DNA of 64,000 nucleotides from the NCBI GenBank assembly GCA_963734495.1, contig CAVTHK010000009.1, positions 256,001-320,000 on the forward strand, in the 5' to 3' direction. The notes under the pieces are model-generated. The model worked only from the letters and a program-made list of their open reading frames with translations, ran no database searches and was not told the origin of the DNA. Numbering within the stretch: position 1 is the first letter of the stretch; each line of letters begins with the position of its first letter. Shown one piece after another: positions 30,560-42,525 of this stretch. The position numbers and the translations under genes were made by a program. Source of the stretch: an uncultured Spirochaetota bacterium. Lineage in GTDB: Bacteria; Spirochaetota; Spirochaetia; SZUA-6; CAVTHK01.

Positions 30560-30642
30560 GGCGCGATCCCCGTGTTCGGCGGCCGGTCGTGAGTTTGTGG
30601 TGGCTCTCAGTTGTCTCGCATCGGTGGGACATTCGCCGCTGA
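30556..30642 (+). pseudogene. Probable truncated HEPN/DUF86 toxin remnant
   Basis: ATGA-coupled to MNT; starts MRRDPRV like DUF86 proteins, then stops after 28 codons. Confidence 0.45.
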
Positions 30643-30729
30643 GGGGCGCTGGCTTGGAGGTTTCACGACAGGGCCGCGGCCGGCCTGAGCAGTCTCGCCA
30701 ACACCAGCGCGATGAGCCACGCCTCCTGC

Positions 30730-31525
30730 CTAGCCCCCGCGATGTGCGATGTAACGGTCAGCCGACGACTCGACGGCGACTCTCGCCCCGTTCGGGATGA
30801 CGCGGTCCCACCAGCCGCCGTAGATGCAGTCCCAGGCATAGGGCCGGACCGCGGCGACGACGGCGCGCACCTCGGCCGCCGGAAGAGGCACGAGGTTCGG
30901 GTAGCTCCACATGAAGCTTACGTGCTTCCGGTCAGGCACGACCATGATCGTGTCGCCCGTGAACAGCGCGCCGCGGTCCCAGTGGAGGACGGAGCTTCCC
31001 GGAAAGTGGCCGCCGCAGCGGATCATGGTGACGCCGGGCAGGATCTGCCGCGTCTCGCCTTCCCAGAAGTCGATCACCGGGTCCGGCCGCATCACCCACT
31101 GGCGGTCCGCCGCCGGCAGATGGATCGGGACGCGACCGAACGCGTGGCTCCAGTCGACCATCGCGGCGTAGAAGTGCGGGTGCGAGATCGCGATGGCCGC
31201 GAGGCCGCCGAGCTCGCGCACGCGGCGCTCGATCTCATCGTCGAGGAGCGGGATGCAGTCCCAGAGCACGTTCCCCGCGGGCGTGCGCACCAGCAGCGCC
31301 CGCTGCCCGATGGCGAAGCCCGGCGCCTCCGCCGATGCCGTAGAGGTCCGGCTCCAGCTCCCGCACGTCGCCGCGGTGATTCTCCCGCAGCTCCTTCGGG
31401 GTCACCCAGCGCTGCCCGGCGGGAGGGACGTACTGCCGCTCGTCGTTGCAGATCGGGCAGGCATCCGGCGCCTTCTCCGAGGGGGCGAACTGCGCGCCGC
31501 ATGTGACGCAGATCCAGCATTCCAT
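30730..31525 (-). CDS. MBL-fold metallo-hydrolase with N-terminal Zn ribbon; frameshift near 31330
   Basis: ICVTCG...CPICNDERQY, LWDC, ISHPHFY, GGHFPGS, FMWSYPN. Confidence 0.85.
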
Positions 31526-31568
31526 GCTGCCCAAGCTACCGCCGCGCCGGGCGCGAGGCAATCGCCCT

Positions 31569-32878
31569 CTACATCAGCGGCTTGTAGCCCATCATCTTCG
31601 GTATCCAGAGGACCAGCTCGGGCACGTAGCGTGATGAGGAAGAGCACCCCGATGAAGAGCCAGATAAAAGGCAGCATCTCCCGGATCACGTCCTTGAGGT
31701 TCGCTCCCGTCGAGGCCGCAGACGACGAACAGCAGCATCCCGAACGGCGGCGTCGAAAGCCCGATCATCATGTTCAGCACGACCACGACGCCGAAGTGAA
31801 CGAGGTCGATCCCCATCTTGTTGATCACCGGAAGGATGATCGGGATGAACACGAGCGTGATGGTGCTCGTGTCCATCAGGCAGCCGAGGATGAGGAAGAC
31901 CACGTTCATGACCAGCAGCATGACGTACTTGTTGTCCGTGATCGACAGCAGGCTGTTCGCCACGACGTCCGGGATCTTCTCGATGGCGACGATGTAGGAG
32001 AACGCGTAGGCTGCCCCGACCATGAACGAGAGGTTGCCGATGGACTTGACCGTGTTCTTGAGCACCTCGAACAGGTCCTTCGGGCCGAAGGCGCGGTAGA
32101 AGACGATCGAGATGATGAGGGCCCACGAGGCGGCTATGGCGCCGGCCTCGGTCGGCGTGACGACGCCGGTGTAGATCGCGCCGAGCAGGATCACGACGGT
32201 CATGAGGGCCGGGATCGAGCGGATCGTGACCCGGACGAACTCGCCGAAGCGGTAGCTGTGGCCCATCGGGTAGTTGCGCTTCACGGAGACGAAACCGGTG
32301 TAGATCATCATCACGACGCCGAGGATGAGCCCCGGCACGATGCCGCCCATGAACAGCGCGCCGACCGAGGCTCCCGACAGCATCGCGTAGAAGATCATCG
32401 GGATGCTCGGTGGGATGATCGGCCCCTCGGTCGCGCTGGCGGCCGTGACCGCGCAGGTAAAGGCCTTGTCGTAGCCTTCGCCGATCATCGCCTGCATCTC
32501 GATGTTGCCGGGGCCCGAGGCATCGGCGATCGCCGAGCCGGTCATGCCCGAGAAGATGATCGAGTTGACGATGTTCACCTGCGCCATGGCGCCGCGCCGC
32601 CTGCCCACGAGGCCGGAGGCGAAGTCGAAGATGATCTTGGTCACCTTGCTCGTGTTCATGATCTCGGCCATGAAGATGTAGAGCGGCACCGCGATGATGA
32701 TGAAGCTCGAGCTCATCTCCGTGAGGAACTTGACCGCGACCATGTCGACCGTGGCGGCCGGGCCGGGAGCGAGCACGAAGTAGAACACCGCGGCCATCAT
32801 CATCCCGAAACCGATCGGGATGCGCAGGAGGAAGACGGCGACGAAGGACAGGAAGAAGACGATGATGGGCAGGTTCAT
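31569..32878 (-). CDS. dctM: TRAP transporter large permease; 3' frameshifts
   Basis: SGMTGSAIADA, GPIIPPSIP, TPTEAG, GIDLVHFG, TPPFG; tail YVPELVLWIPKMMGY ends at TAG 31569. Confidence 0.9.
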
Positions 32879-33379
32879 CGGGCGCCTCCCGCCGGCAGGG
32901 CGCGCAGGTCCCGGACGTCACGAACGATGTCGATCGTGTACCGGATGGTGATGTCCACGAGGAAGATCATGTAGGCACGAGCACACGAGGTTCATGGGGA
33001 TGAGCAGCACGCTCGACTTCTTGTAGCCCACGAAGATCACGTAGTCGAGCGACGGCTTGATCGAGATCACGAACGCCGCCACCAGCAGGACGTTCCCCGC
33101 GATCCGCATGATCGTCTGGCCTCTGGGACGGAGCATGTCGTAGATCATGGTGAAGACCACCAGCGACTCATGCCGTTTCGCGTACAGCGCGCCGAGCAGC
33201 GCCACCCACAGGAAGGAGAGGAGGGCGAGCTCCTCCGGCCACATCAGGGGCGTGAAGAAATAGCGTGAGACGATCTGGATCATGAAGCAGACGAAGATCG
33301 TGAGAAAGGCGAGCATCGGGACGTAGAGCTCGACGACGTCCAGCAGGAACAAGAGGACGGACCTGGCGCGGTGGTTCAT
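32875..33379 (-). CDS. dctQ: TRAP transporter small permease; frameshift near 32975
   Basis: QIVSRYFF.PL.WPEEL, four hydrophobic segments; lies between dctP and dctM. Confidence 0.85.
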
Positions 33380-33394
33380 CCGGAGTCTCCCGCG

Positions 33395-33437
33395 AAAAAA
33401 AGGCCGCCGGCGCCCGGGGTCAGCCGGACCGGCGGCC
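33395..33437 (-). terminator. Intrinsic terminator/attenuator after dctP
   Basis: GGCCGCCGG/CCGGCGGCC stem followed by T7 on the minus strand. Confidence 0.6.
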
Positions 33438-33450
33438 CGAAGGGCTTGAT

Positions 33451-34449
33451 CTACTTCACCTTCTGGATCTCTTCGTAGAGCTCCCAGTCCCAGTCCTTGG
33501 TCAGGTCCTTCGCCTCGTTGCGGTAGTAGTTCTTCGCGTAGGCGGCAAAGGCGGCGCGGTCGGGGTTCTCGATGACGGTCAGGCCCTGGCTGCGGAAGAA
33601 GTCGAGGATGCTCTTCTCCTTGTCCAGGTTGGTCTTGTCGCAGAACTGGCGCCCCTTTTCGATGGCCTGCATGACCCAGCCCTGCTGCTGCGGCGGTGAG
33701 GCTCTCGCCACTTCTTCTCGTTGATCGCGGGCCACACGGAGTCGACGACGTGGTTGGTGAGCACGATGTACTTCGTGACCTCGTAGAACTTGGCGGCCTG
33801 GTCGGTCGGCAGCGGGTTGTCCTGGCCGTCGACGACTCCGGTCTTCAGGCCCATGTACACCTCGCCGAACGCCATCGGCGTCGGGTTGGCGCCGAGCGCC
33901 CGGCCCATGGCGATCCACGCGGGCGCGTTCGGCACGCGGAACTTGACGCCCTTCATCTGCTCGGGCCTCGTGACGGGTCCGACCTTCTCGGTGAGGTTGA
34001 GCTCGCGGGTGCCGAGGTAGTAGGCGGCGAGCGGCCTGACTCCCAGCTTCGCGACCGTCTGGTCGAAGAGCTTCTGTCCGATCGTGCCGTTGAGCGTCTT
34101 CGTCATCTGGTCATAGCTGGAAAAGGTGAAGGCGGCGCCGAACATCGCCGTGGCCGGGATCTGCTGGGCGAGCCACGCGGCCGAGAAGTACGACATTTCG
34201 ACCTTGCCCTGGATGGTGGCGTTGTTGTCCGCGGCCTGTCCGAAGAGCTGGCCGGAGTGGAAGACGTCGACGGTCATGTTGCCGCCGGACAGCTTCTCGA
34301 GCTCGTCCTTGAACACGTAGAGCGCCTTGGTGTGCGCGTCGTCCGGGACGCTGACCGTGCGTGAAGGTCAGCTTGACCTTGGCCTGGCCCCAGGCAGCCG
34401 CGGAGGCGAGCACCGCGAGCGCGGCAAAGAGCGTGACGAAACGTTTCAT
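33451..34449 (-). CDS. dctP: TRAP solute-binding protein, frameshifted
   Basis: Signal peptide MKRFVTLFAAL; MKGVKFRVP, GANPTPMAFGEVY.GL.TGVVDGQDNP, KFYEV. Confidence 0.9.
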
Positions 34450-34595
34450 AATTGCCCCTCCTTTGATCGAGGCGCCCGTGCGGGCGCCGTCGTTCCCGTG
34501 ACGAACTCTAAACCCGCCCCCGGCAGCCGTCAACAAGCAGCCGCGGCGCCTTGACGCGGGCGGGCCGCTCCCGCAGAGTCGGCGGGGAGGCGCCC

Positions 34596-35660
34596 ATGTC
34601 CCGTTATTCCTGGAAGGAGCTGAACGCGCTCGCCGGCCGGCTGCTCGAGGCGGCGGGCCTCGCCCGCGACAGGGCTGAGGTGTTCGCCCGGACGCTGGTC
34701 GAGGCGGACCTGATGGGCCACACGACGCACGGCCTGCGCCAGCTTCCGCGCTACCTGGACGAGCTCGCCGCCGGCAGGATGGCCGCGGCGGGGGACCCGA
34801 AGGTCGTCCGCGACACGGGCGCGACGTTCGCCTGGGACGGTGGATACCTGCCCGGCCCCTGGCTGGTGCACCGGGCGCTCGAGCAGGCGTACGAGCGGGT
34901 CCGGCAGCACCCGGTGGTCTTCGGCGCGGTCTCGCGCAGCCACCACATCGCGAGCCTCTCGTCGTACCTGCTCGAGCCGGCGTCGCGCGGCTATCTCTGC
35001 TTCATCGCGACGTCCGACCCGTCGGCAAAGACCGTGGCGCCCTTCGGGGGGCGCGCGCCGCTGTACACGCCCAATCCCATCGCCGTGGCGATCCCGACCG
35101 GAGCCGACCCGATCCTCGTCGACATGAGCACGTCGACGACGGCCAACGGCGTCGTCGCCCTGTACCGGTCGCGGGGCAGGAACCTTCCGGCTCCCTGGCT
35201 GCTCGACAGCGCCGGCAGGCCGACCGACGACCCCAACGCGCTGTTCACGGACCCGCCGGGCACCGTGCTGCCCCTCGGGGGCGTCGATCTCGGCTACAAG
35301 GGCTACGCGCTCGGCCTGGTCGTCGAGGCGCTCACCTCGGGCCTCGCCGGCCACGGGCGCGCGGACGATGTCAAACGCTGGGGCGCGTCGTTCTGCGTCG
35401 CGCTGATCGATCCCGCGGGCTTCGGCGGCCGCGACGCGTTCGCGCGGCAGCTCGGATGGCTCGCGGACGCCTGCCGCGCGAACCCGGTGCGCCCCGATTC
35501 GGACCGGGTGTGGCTCCCCGGCGGGATGGAGCTCGCGAGGCGCGTCGAGCAGATGGGGCACGGCATCGAGCTCGACGAGGCGATCGTCGCCGCGCTGCTT
35601 GCACGAGCCGAGGCTGCCGGCGCCGCGATGCCCCGGCCGCTGGCCGAGCCCGCGGCCTAG
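34596..35660 (+). CDS. Ldh_2 family (YiaK/AllD/ComC-like) NAD(P)-dependent oxidoreductase
   Basis: ADLMGHTTHG, SHH, PNPIA, DMSTS, GYKGYALG, LPG. Confidence 0.88.
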   Translation: MSRYSWKELNALAGRLLEAAGLARDRAEVFARTLVEADLMGHTTHGLRQLPRYLDELAAGRMAAAGDPKVVRDTGATFAWDGGYLPGPWLVHRALEQAYERVRQHPVVFGAVSRSHHIASLSSYLLEPASRGYLCFIATSDPSAKTVAPFGGRAPLYTPNPIAVAIPTGADPILVDMSTSTTANGVVALYRSRGRNLPAPWLLDSAGRPTDDPNALFTDPPGTVLPLGGVDLGYKGYALGLVVEALTSGLAGHGRADDVKRWGASFCVALIDPAGFGGRDAFARQLGWLADACRANPVRPDSDRVWLPGGMELARRVEQMGHGIELDEAIVAALLARAEAAGAAMPRPLAEPAA

Positions 35661-37429
35661 ACCGCCGCGCCCTGCGCCGCGTAGAGGCGCGCGTAGGCGC
35701 CGCCCGCGGCCTCCAGCTCGTCGTGGCTGCCCTCTTCGAGGATGCGGCCGTGGTCGACGTAGAAGATCCGGCTCGCGCTGCGGATCGTCGAGAGGCGGTG
35801 CGCGATGATGAACGACGTGCGGCCGGAGAGCAGGCGCGCGAGCCCTTCCTGGATCAGGAGCTCCGTCTCCGTGTCGACGCTCGAGGTCGCCTCGTCGAGG
35901 ATGAGGATCCGCGGGTCGGCGAGCAGCGCCCGCGCGAACGAGATGAGCTGCCGCTGGCCCATGGAGAGGCGCGTTCCGCGCTCGTTGACGTTGGTGGCGT
36001 AGCCTTCGGAGAGGTCCATGATAAAGTCGTGCGCGCGGACGACCTGCGCCGCCCGCACGACCTCTTCGTCGCTCGCATCGAGGCGCCCGTAGCGGACGTT
36101 GTCCATGATGGTGCCCGAGAACAGGAATGTGTCCTGCATCATGATGCCCATCTGGCGCCGCACCGACGGGATGCTGACCCGGTTCACGTCGATGCCGTCC
36201 AGGAAGATGCGGCCGTCCTCGATGTTGTAGAAGCGGGCGAGGAGGTTCACGATCGTGGTCTTCCCGGCGCCGGTCGGCCCCACCACGGCGATCGACTCGC
36301 CCGGGTCGACCGCGAAGCTCAGGTCGCGCAGCACCGGCTTCTCAGGCTCGTAGGCGAACGTCACGCGGCGGAACTCGACCCGGCCGGCAATCGGCGGCAG
36401 CTCGCCGGCGCCGGGGGCATCCGCGACGACCACCTTCTCGTCCATCGTCTCGAAGATCCGCTCGAGGTAGGCCATCGCCACGATGATGGCGTTGTAGAAG
36501 TTGCCGATGTTGCTGATCGGCTGCCAGAACCGCCAGATGTAGCCGATGAATGCGACGAGCACGCCGACACTCACGGTGCCGCGCATCCAGACGACGCCCG
36601 CCATGAGGACCAGCACGACGCCGATCACGGAGATGTTGTCGATGATCGGCCAGACGGAGAACTGGACGGCAACGGCCTTCATCCAGGAGGTCCTGTACTC
36701 CTCGTTCAGCCCCATGTAGATCCGCAGGTTCTCCTCTTCGCGGGCGAACGACTGCGTGACCTTGACGCCGCTCAGGCTCTCGTGGAGGTAGGCGTTCATG
36801 TTGGACTGCTTGCGCGAGACCGTCTGCCACGTGCGGCGCTGGCGCCCTTTGACGATGAAGACCGCGACCGCCAGGATCGGCACCCCGGCCATCGCGATGC
36901 CGGTGAGCCTCACGTCAATGGCCATCATGAACGCGATGATCACGCAGAGGGAGAACAGGTCGGTGATCACGTTGATGAGGCCGTTGGACAGCAGGTCCGA
37001 GAGTGAGTTCACGTAGTTGACCACCCGGACGAGGATCTTTCCGTGGGGCCGGGAGTCGTAGTAGGCGAAAGGCAGCCGCTGCAGGTGGCCGAAGATGCCG
37101 CTGCGGATGCTCATGATCACGCCGTGGCCGATCCGCGTCATGATGCGGATGCGGGCCTTGAGGCACACGCCGCTCACGACAGTGGCCGCGAGGAACACGC
37201 CTGCCAGCACGAACATCAGATGCACGTCCTTGCGCGGGATCGCCTGGTCGAGGGCGATCCGCGTGAGGAACGGTCCAAGGAGGCTGGCCGCGCTCGCCAC
37301 GAGCATCAGCGCGACGGCAATCAGCGCCTGCCCGGCCTGCGGCCGGACGTAAGCGAGCAGCCGCTTGAAGTGGTGGATGTTGAACTGGCCCTCGAGCTCT
37401 TCGTCGATGTCGAACTTGTTGCGCGCCAT
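35657..37429 (-). CDS. ABC exporter, fused permease/ATPase, subunit B
   Basis: TMD plus GPTGAGKTT, LSMGQRQL, ILDEATSSVD, IAHRLST. Confidence 0.93.
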   Translation of the reverse strand: MARNKFDIDEELEGQFNIHHFKRLLAYVRPQAGQALIAVALMLVASAASLLGPFLTRIALDQAIPRKDVHLMFVLAGVFLAATVVSGVCLKARIRIMTRIGHGVIMSIRSGIFGHLQRLPFAYYDSRPHGKILVRVVNYVNSLSDLLSNGLINVITDLFSLCVIIAFMMAIDVRLTGIAMAGVPILAVAVFIVKGRQRRTWQTVSRKQSNMNAYLHESLSGVKVTQSFAREEENLRIYMGLNEEYRTSWMKAVAVQFSVWPIIDNISVIGVVLVLMAGVVWMRGTVSVGVLVAFIGYIWRFWQPISNIGNFYNAIIVAMAYLERIFETMDEKVVVADAPGAGELPPIAGRVEFRRVTFAYEPEKPVLRDLSFAVDPGESIAVVGPTGAGKTTIVNLLARFYNIEDGRIFLDGIDVNRVSIPSVRRQMGIMMQDTFLFSGTIMDNVRYGRLDASDEEVVRAAQVVRAHDFIMDLSEGYATNVNERGTRLSMGQRQLISFARALLADPRILILDEATSSVDTETELLIQEGLARLLSGRTSFIIAHRLSTIRSASRIFYVDHGRILEEGSHDELEAAGGAYARLYAAQGAAV

Positions 37430-37438
37430 GCCGCCCTG

Positions 37439-39229
37439 CTACCTCGCCGCGGCGCCGCGCCGGCCGTCGCCCGCCGACACTGCCCCGCCGGCCGCCGCGC
37501 GGCCGGCCGGCACGACGCGCCCGGTCTGGTGCGCGTACACGCGGCTGTAGTAGCCGCCCAGCGCCACGAGCTCCGCGTGCGTCCCGCGCTCGGCGATCCG
37601 GCCGTCGATCACGACGAGGATCACGTCCGCCTCCTCGACGGAGGAGATCCGTGCGCGATGACGATGGTCGTGCGGCCCTGCTTGAAGGTGCGCAGCGACT
37701 GCTGGATCGCGTGCTCGGTCTCGACGTCGACGCTCGAGGTGGTGTCGTCGAGGATCACCACGGGAGGGTCTTTGAGCAGGAGCCTGCGCGAGGGCGAGGC
37801 GCTGCCTCTGACCGCCCGAGAGCCCCACGCCGCGCTCGCCGACGATGGTGTCGTAGCCTTCGGGGAACTCGCGGATAAAGCCGTCGGCGTCGGCCAGCCG
37901 GGAGGCATCGATCACCCGCTCCACCGGCGCGGCGGGCTCGCCGTAGGCGACGTTCCCCTCGATCGTGTCCGAGAACAGGAACACGTCCTGCATCGCGATC
38001 CCGACCTGCGAGCGCAGGCAGCCGAGGTCGTAATCCTGCACGCGGATGCCGTCGACGAGGATCTCGCCCGAGGCCGGGTCGTAGAATCGGCACAGCAGGT
38101 GCGCGATGGTCGACTTGCCGCTTCCGGTCGGCCCCATGATGCCGACGGTGCCGCCGGCGGGGACGCGGAAGCTCACGTCCGTGAGCACGGCCTCGTCGCC
38201 GTAGGTAAAGGAGACGCGGCGGAACTCGACCTCGCCGCGGACCTTGCGCACGACCGGGGCCGCGGGCGGCTCGAGGCGCGACGTCGTCCGTACCAGGCTC
38301 ATGATCTTCTCGGCCGAGGCCTGGAAGCGCTGGCCGTCGTTGACGAGCCAGCCCGCGATCCTCATGGGGTTGATCAGGGCCCAGGTGAAGCTGGAAAAGG
38401 TGACCAGCTCGCCGAGGGTGATCCAGCCGCGGATCACGAAGATGCCGCCCGCGAGCATCGTGACGATGCCGAAGGCGCTCGACAGCGAATCGATGATGGG
38501 GATGTAGCGCCCCCACACCGCCGCGGAGTCGAGGTTGCGGTCGCGGAACGCGGCGTTCTCCTTTTCGAATTTCGCGATCTCGAAGCGCTCGCGGGCAAAG
38601 GCCTTGATCACCCGGTTGCCCGCGATGTTCTCCTGAACGACGGAGTTGAGCCGCGCGAACTGCTCGCGGATCGCGAGAAACGTGGGCCGCACGGTGCCGG
38701 CGAGCTTGTGCGCGAACCAGGCGACGGCGGGCGTGAGGGCAAAGAGCACCGCCGCGAGCTCCCAGTTGATCGTGAACAGGATGGCGACGGAGAACACGAA
38801 GATCGCCCCGTTCTCGAAGCTCATGTAGACGACCCAGGCCACAAAGTGGCGCACCGCGTCCATGTCGCCGGTCATGCGGGTCATGATGTCGCCGGTCTTC
38901 GTCCGCTCGAAGTAAGTGAAGTCGAGCCCCTGCAGCCGCCGGTAGAGGTCGCGCCGCATCGAGGAAACCGTATCCTGCGACACGTGCTCGAAGACCATCT
39001 GGAACACGTAGCGGACCACGGCCTTGGCGAGCGTCGCCGCGACCATGATGACGAGGAACCTCGGCAGCAGGGAGGGGTTGCCCGCCACGATGACGCGGTC
39101 GACGATGACTCCGGTCACGTACGGGTTGACCATGTTCAGCATCGAGGCCAGCAGCACGAGAGCGAACGCGGCGAGCAGGAGAGCGAGGTGCTTGCGAAGG
39201 TAAGGCCAGAGCCAGCGGTAGGCGTCCAT
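37439..39229 (-). CDS. ABC exporter, fused permease/ATPase, subunit A (degenerate site); compensating frameshifts at 37650-37780
   Basis: [29 protein letters not shown] in an alternate frame. Confidence 0.9.
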   Translation of the reverse strand: MDAYRWLWPYLRKHLALLLAAFALVLLASMLNMVNPYVTGVIVDRVIVAGNPSLLPRFLVIMVAATLAKAVVRYVFQMVFEHVSQDTVSSMRRDLYRRLQGLDFTYFERTKTGDIMTRMTGDMDAVRHFVAWVVYMSFENGAIFVFSVAILFTINWELAAVLFALTPAVAWFAHKLAGTVRPTFLAIREQFARLNSVVQENIAGNRVIKAFARERFEIAKFEKENAAFRDRNLDSAAVWGRYIPIIDSLSSAFGIVTMLAGGIFVIRGWITLGELVTFSSFTWALINPMRIAGWLVNDGQRFQASAEKIMSLVRTTSRLEPPAAPVVRKVRGEVEFRRVSFTYGDEAVLTDVSFRVPAGGTVGIMGPTGSGKSTIAHLLCRFYDPASGEILVDGIRVQDYDLGCLRSQVGIAMQDVFLFSDTIEGNVAYGEPAAPVERVIDASRLADADGFIREFPEGYDTIVGERGVGLSGGQRQRLALAQAPAQRPSRGDPRRHHLERRRRDRARDPAVAAHLQAGPHDHRHRARISSVEEADVILVVIDGRIAERGTHAELVALGGYYSRVYAHQTGRVVPAGRAAAGGAVSAGDGRRGAAAR

Positions 39230-39281
39230 CCGGGGGGTCGCCTATAGATACTACGGAACGGGCCGGCGTGGAAACAGGCGT

Positions 39282-39310
39282 TTGACTGCCCGCGGGGCGC
39301 GCCATAGAAT
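39282..39310 (+). promoter_or_regulatory. Sigma70 promoter of the Opp cassette
   Basis: TTGACT-17 bp-TAGAAT. Confidence 0.65.
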
Positions 39311-39353
39311 TGCGGCCGGCCTCGACCCCGGGGGCCCCAAAGGAGCGCTCGCG

Positions 39354-40340
39354 TTGCTGCACTACATCGTCAGGCGCCTCCTGAACATGCTGCTCATCGT
39401 CTTCCTGGTATCGATCCTGTCCTTCGTCATCATCCAGCTGCCTCCCGGTGACTACCTCACCACCTACATCGCGCAGCTCAAGCGCAGCGGCACGGAGGTG
39501 AGCCAGGACCTGATCGACTCCCTCACGCTGCAGTACGGCCTCGACAAGCCGATGGTCACCCAGTACTTCAAGTGGATCACCAACTTCGTGCGCGGCGACA
39601 TGGGGCAGTCGTTCCAGTGGAACCAGCCCGTCAACCAGCTCGTATGGGAGCGGCTGGCGCTGACCTTCGTCATTTCCCTCTCCTCCCTGATCGTCACGTG
39701 GGTCGTGGCCTTTCCGGTGGGCATCTACGCCGCGGTGCACCAGTACTCCTTTGGCGACTACTTCTTCACCTTCCTCAGCTTCATAGGGCTCGCGATCCCG
39801 AGCTTCATGCTGGCTCTGATCCTCATGTACGTGGGCTTCAAGTACTTCGGCATGGACGTCGGCGGGCTCTTCTCGCGGCCCTTCGAGAACGCGCCGTGGT
39901 CGTTCGCCAAGGTCGTGGACCTCCTCAAGCACCTCTGGGTGCCGACGATCGTGCTCGGGACCTCGGGCACGGCCGGGCTGGTGCGGATCATGAGGGCCAA
40001 CCTGCTCGACGAGCTGCGCAAACAGTACGTGATCACCGCCCGGGCCAAAGGGCTCCCGGAGCGGACCGTGATCCTGCGGTACCCGGTGCGAGTCGCCTCC
40101 AACCCGTTCATCAGCACGATCGGCTGGTACCTCCCGACGCTGATCTCCGGCGCGACGATCACCGCCGTGGTGCTGAACCTCCCCACGACCGGCCCGCTGC
40201 TGCTGAGCGCGCTGCTCACGCAGGACATGTACCTGGCGGGCAGCTTTATCATGCTGCTGAGCATCCTCACCGTGATCGGGACGTTCGTCTCGGACATCCT
40301 CCTGATGATCGCCGATCCCCGCATCCGGCTCGGGAAATAG
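39354..40340 (+). CDS. Opp/Dpp family ABC permease (OppB type)
   Basis: [30 protein letters not shown]. Confidence 0.92.
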   Translation: MLHYIVRRLLNMLLIVFLVSILSFVIIQLPPGDYLTTYIAQLKRSGTEVSQDLIDSLTLQYGLDKPMVTQYFKWITNFVRGDMGQSFQWNQPVNQLVWERLALTFVISLSSLIVTWVVAFPVGIYAAVHQYSFGDYFFTFLSFIGLAIPSFMLALILMYVGFKYFGMDVGGLFSRPFENAPWSFAKVVDLLKHLWVPTIVLGTSGTAGLVRIMRANLLDELRKQYVITARAKGLPERTVILRYPVRVASNPFISTIGWYLPTLISGATITAVVLNLPTTGPLLLSALLTQDMYLAGSFIMLLSILTVIGTFVSDILLMIADPRIRLGK

Positions 40341-40354
40341 GGCAGGGTTCAAGG

Positions 40355-41502
40355 ATGGCGGAGCCGATGATCCGGGGACCGGCCGAGGACGTTCGCGACA
40401 ACGACGAAGCGCGCCCCGAGGCCGTCGAAGAGTTCTATGCGTCACAGTGGAAGCTCATGCGGCGCCGCTTCGCCAGGCACCGGCTGGCCATGGTTTCGCT
40501 CGCGGTCCTGCTGCTGCTCTACGTCTCGGCCCTGCTCGCTCCCTTCCTCAGCCCCGTCGATCCTGACGAGAAGAGCCTGGCCTACAAGGAGGCTCCTCCC
40601 CAGGTCGTGCATTTCTTCGGCGGCGGGGTCTCCGGCCCCTTTGTGTATGCCCTCTCGAGCCGTGTGAACGCGGACACGTACCGGCGGACCTACTTCGAGG
40701 ACACCTCGCGACCGCACCCGGTGCGGTTCTTCGTCCGCGGCTTCCGCTACCGGATGCTGGGCTTCCTGGAGACTGACATCCATCTCTTCGGGACCGCGGA
40801 CCCGAACGTGCCGGTCCATCTCTTCGGGACGGACAACTTCGGCCGCGACATGTTCGCCCGCGTTCTCTACGGCGCGCAGGTCTCGCTCTCCGTGGGCCTG
40901 GTGGGGGTGGCGATCAGCTTCTTCCTCGGGATCCTGCTGGAGGGCTCGCCGGCTATTTCGGCGGCCTCGTCGACGAGGTGATCCAGCGCGCCATCGAGCT
41001 GCTGATGTCGGTCCCGCACCTGCCGCTCTGGATGGGCCTGAGCGCGGCGCTGCCCGCGGGCTGGCCGGTGGTGAGGACCTACTTCGCGATCACGATCATC
41101 CTCTCGCTCGTCGGCTGGACCGGGCTGGCGCGGGTCGTGAGGGGCAAGTTCCTCTCGATGCGCGAGGAGGACTTTATCGTGGCCGCGAGGCTTGCGGGCC
41201 AGACGGACCTGCGGATCATCTTCCAGCACATGCTGCCCTCGTTCCTCAGTCACGTCATCGCCTCGCTCACGTTGAGCATCCCGAGCATGATCCTCGGCGA
41301 GACCGCGCTGAGCTTTCTCGGGCTGGGGATGCAGCCGCCCGCCATCAGCTGGGGGGTGCTGCTGCAGGCGGCGCAGAACGTGCACACGCTCGCGCTCGCG
41401 CCGTGGTTGATGATCCCCGGCCTCTTCGTGGTTGTCACCGTGCTGACGTTCAACTTTATGGGCGACGGGCTGCGCGACGCGGCCGACCCGTACACGAGGT
41501 AG
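40355..41502 (+). CDS. Opp/Dpp family ABC permease (OppC type); frameshift near 40943
   Basis: [30 protein letters not shown]. Confidence 0.9.
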
Positions 41503-41610
41503 GATCGGGGAGATCGAAGCCGGCGCGGGCCGGCAGACTCTGTGAGGACGGGCCCCCCGAGGACAGGGGGCCTGGGACTCCGCGAAGACGCGAAGTCGTA
41601 GGAGGTTTCC

Positions 41611-42477
41611 ATGGACCGAAAGAGGGTGTGGATCGCGACAGTCGTCGCCGTCGCCGTGCTCCTGTGCGGCGCCGCCGCCTGGGCAAGCCCCACCAAGGAG
41701 CAGGCCGCGGCAGGCGCGCAGCCGGCGGCCGCGGCCAAGGCGACGACGGGCAAGTACAGCTGGCCGCAGAACTGGTACGACGCCCCGATCGCGAAGATGA
41801 CGAAGCTCAAGGAGGCGCCGATGCTGGCCGAGCTCGTCAAGGCCGGCAAGCTCCCGCCCGTGGAGCAGAGGGTGCCCAGGGAGCCGCTGCTCGTCGCCCC
41901 GTACGAGAAGGTCGGCGTTTACGGCGGCACTCTGCGCGTGGCGCGCATGGGCCCCGCGGACTGGGGCGACATGCACCGGGGCAAAACCTCAAGCAGATCT
42001 CGCAGGAGCTCTACGAAAGCCGCGGGGACGCGAACGAGCTCGACGTCGCGATCTTCCCCTCCGAGGCCGACCTCGAGACGCGCGTGCAGCTCTCGCTCAA
42101 CTACGACCAGAGCGGCGCGGCGTTCGGCTACGCGCCCGAGTGGCAGAGCTGGCTCGCGCACCAGCGGTGGGACAAGGGCGGGCAGGAAAGGCGCCGAGCC
42201 GGCCAAGGGCGAGGAGCCTCCGGCCGACGAGAAGAGCTTTATCGACCTGTACGCCGCCTACATCAACGCGGTCGACCCCGTCGAGTACGCGAAGCTCGCC
42301 AAAGAGTTCTGGGCGATGGCGACGAAGCGCCTGGAGCTGATCGGCACCGTCGGCAAGGTCCCGCGGCCGATCATCATCAGCAACCGCATCCAGAACGTTC
42401 CGGAAAGGCTTCCGTTCGCCTTCGAGACCATGTTGTGGGTCCCGCCGACCCCGTGGCAGTGGTACGTCAAGGAATAA
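41611..42477 (+). pseudogene. Family-5 solute-binding protein with a large internal deletion
   Basis: N-terminus EAPMLAELVKAGKLPPVEQRVP.EP...G.YGGTL joins at ~41985 to a C-terminal block (APEW..W, GEEPP, IGTVG, NVP); only ~290 codons. Confidence 0.7.
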
Positions 42478-42525
42478 CGACAGGTTGAAGGCGCCCGCCC
42501 GCGCGTCGAGCGCGTCGCGGGCGCC

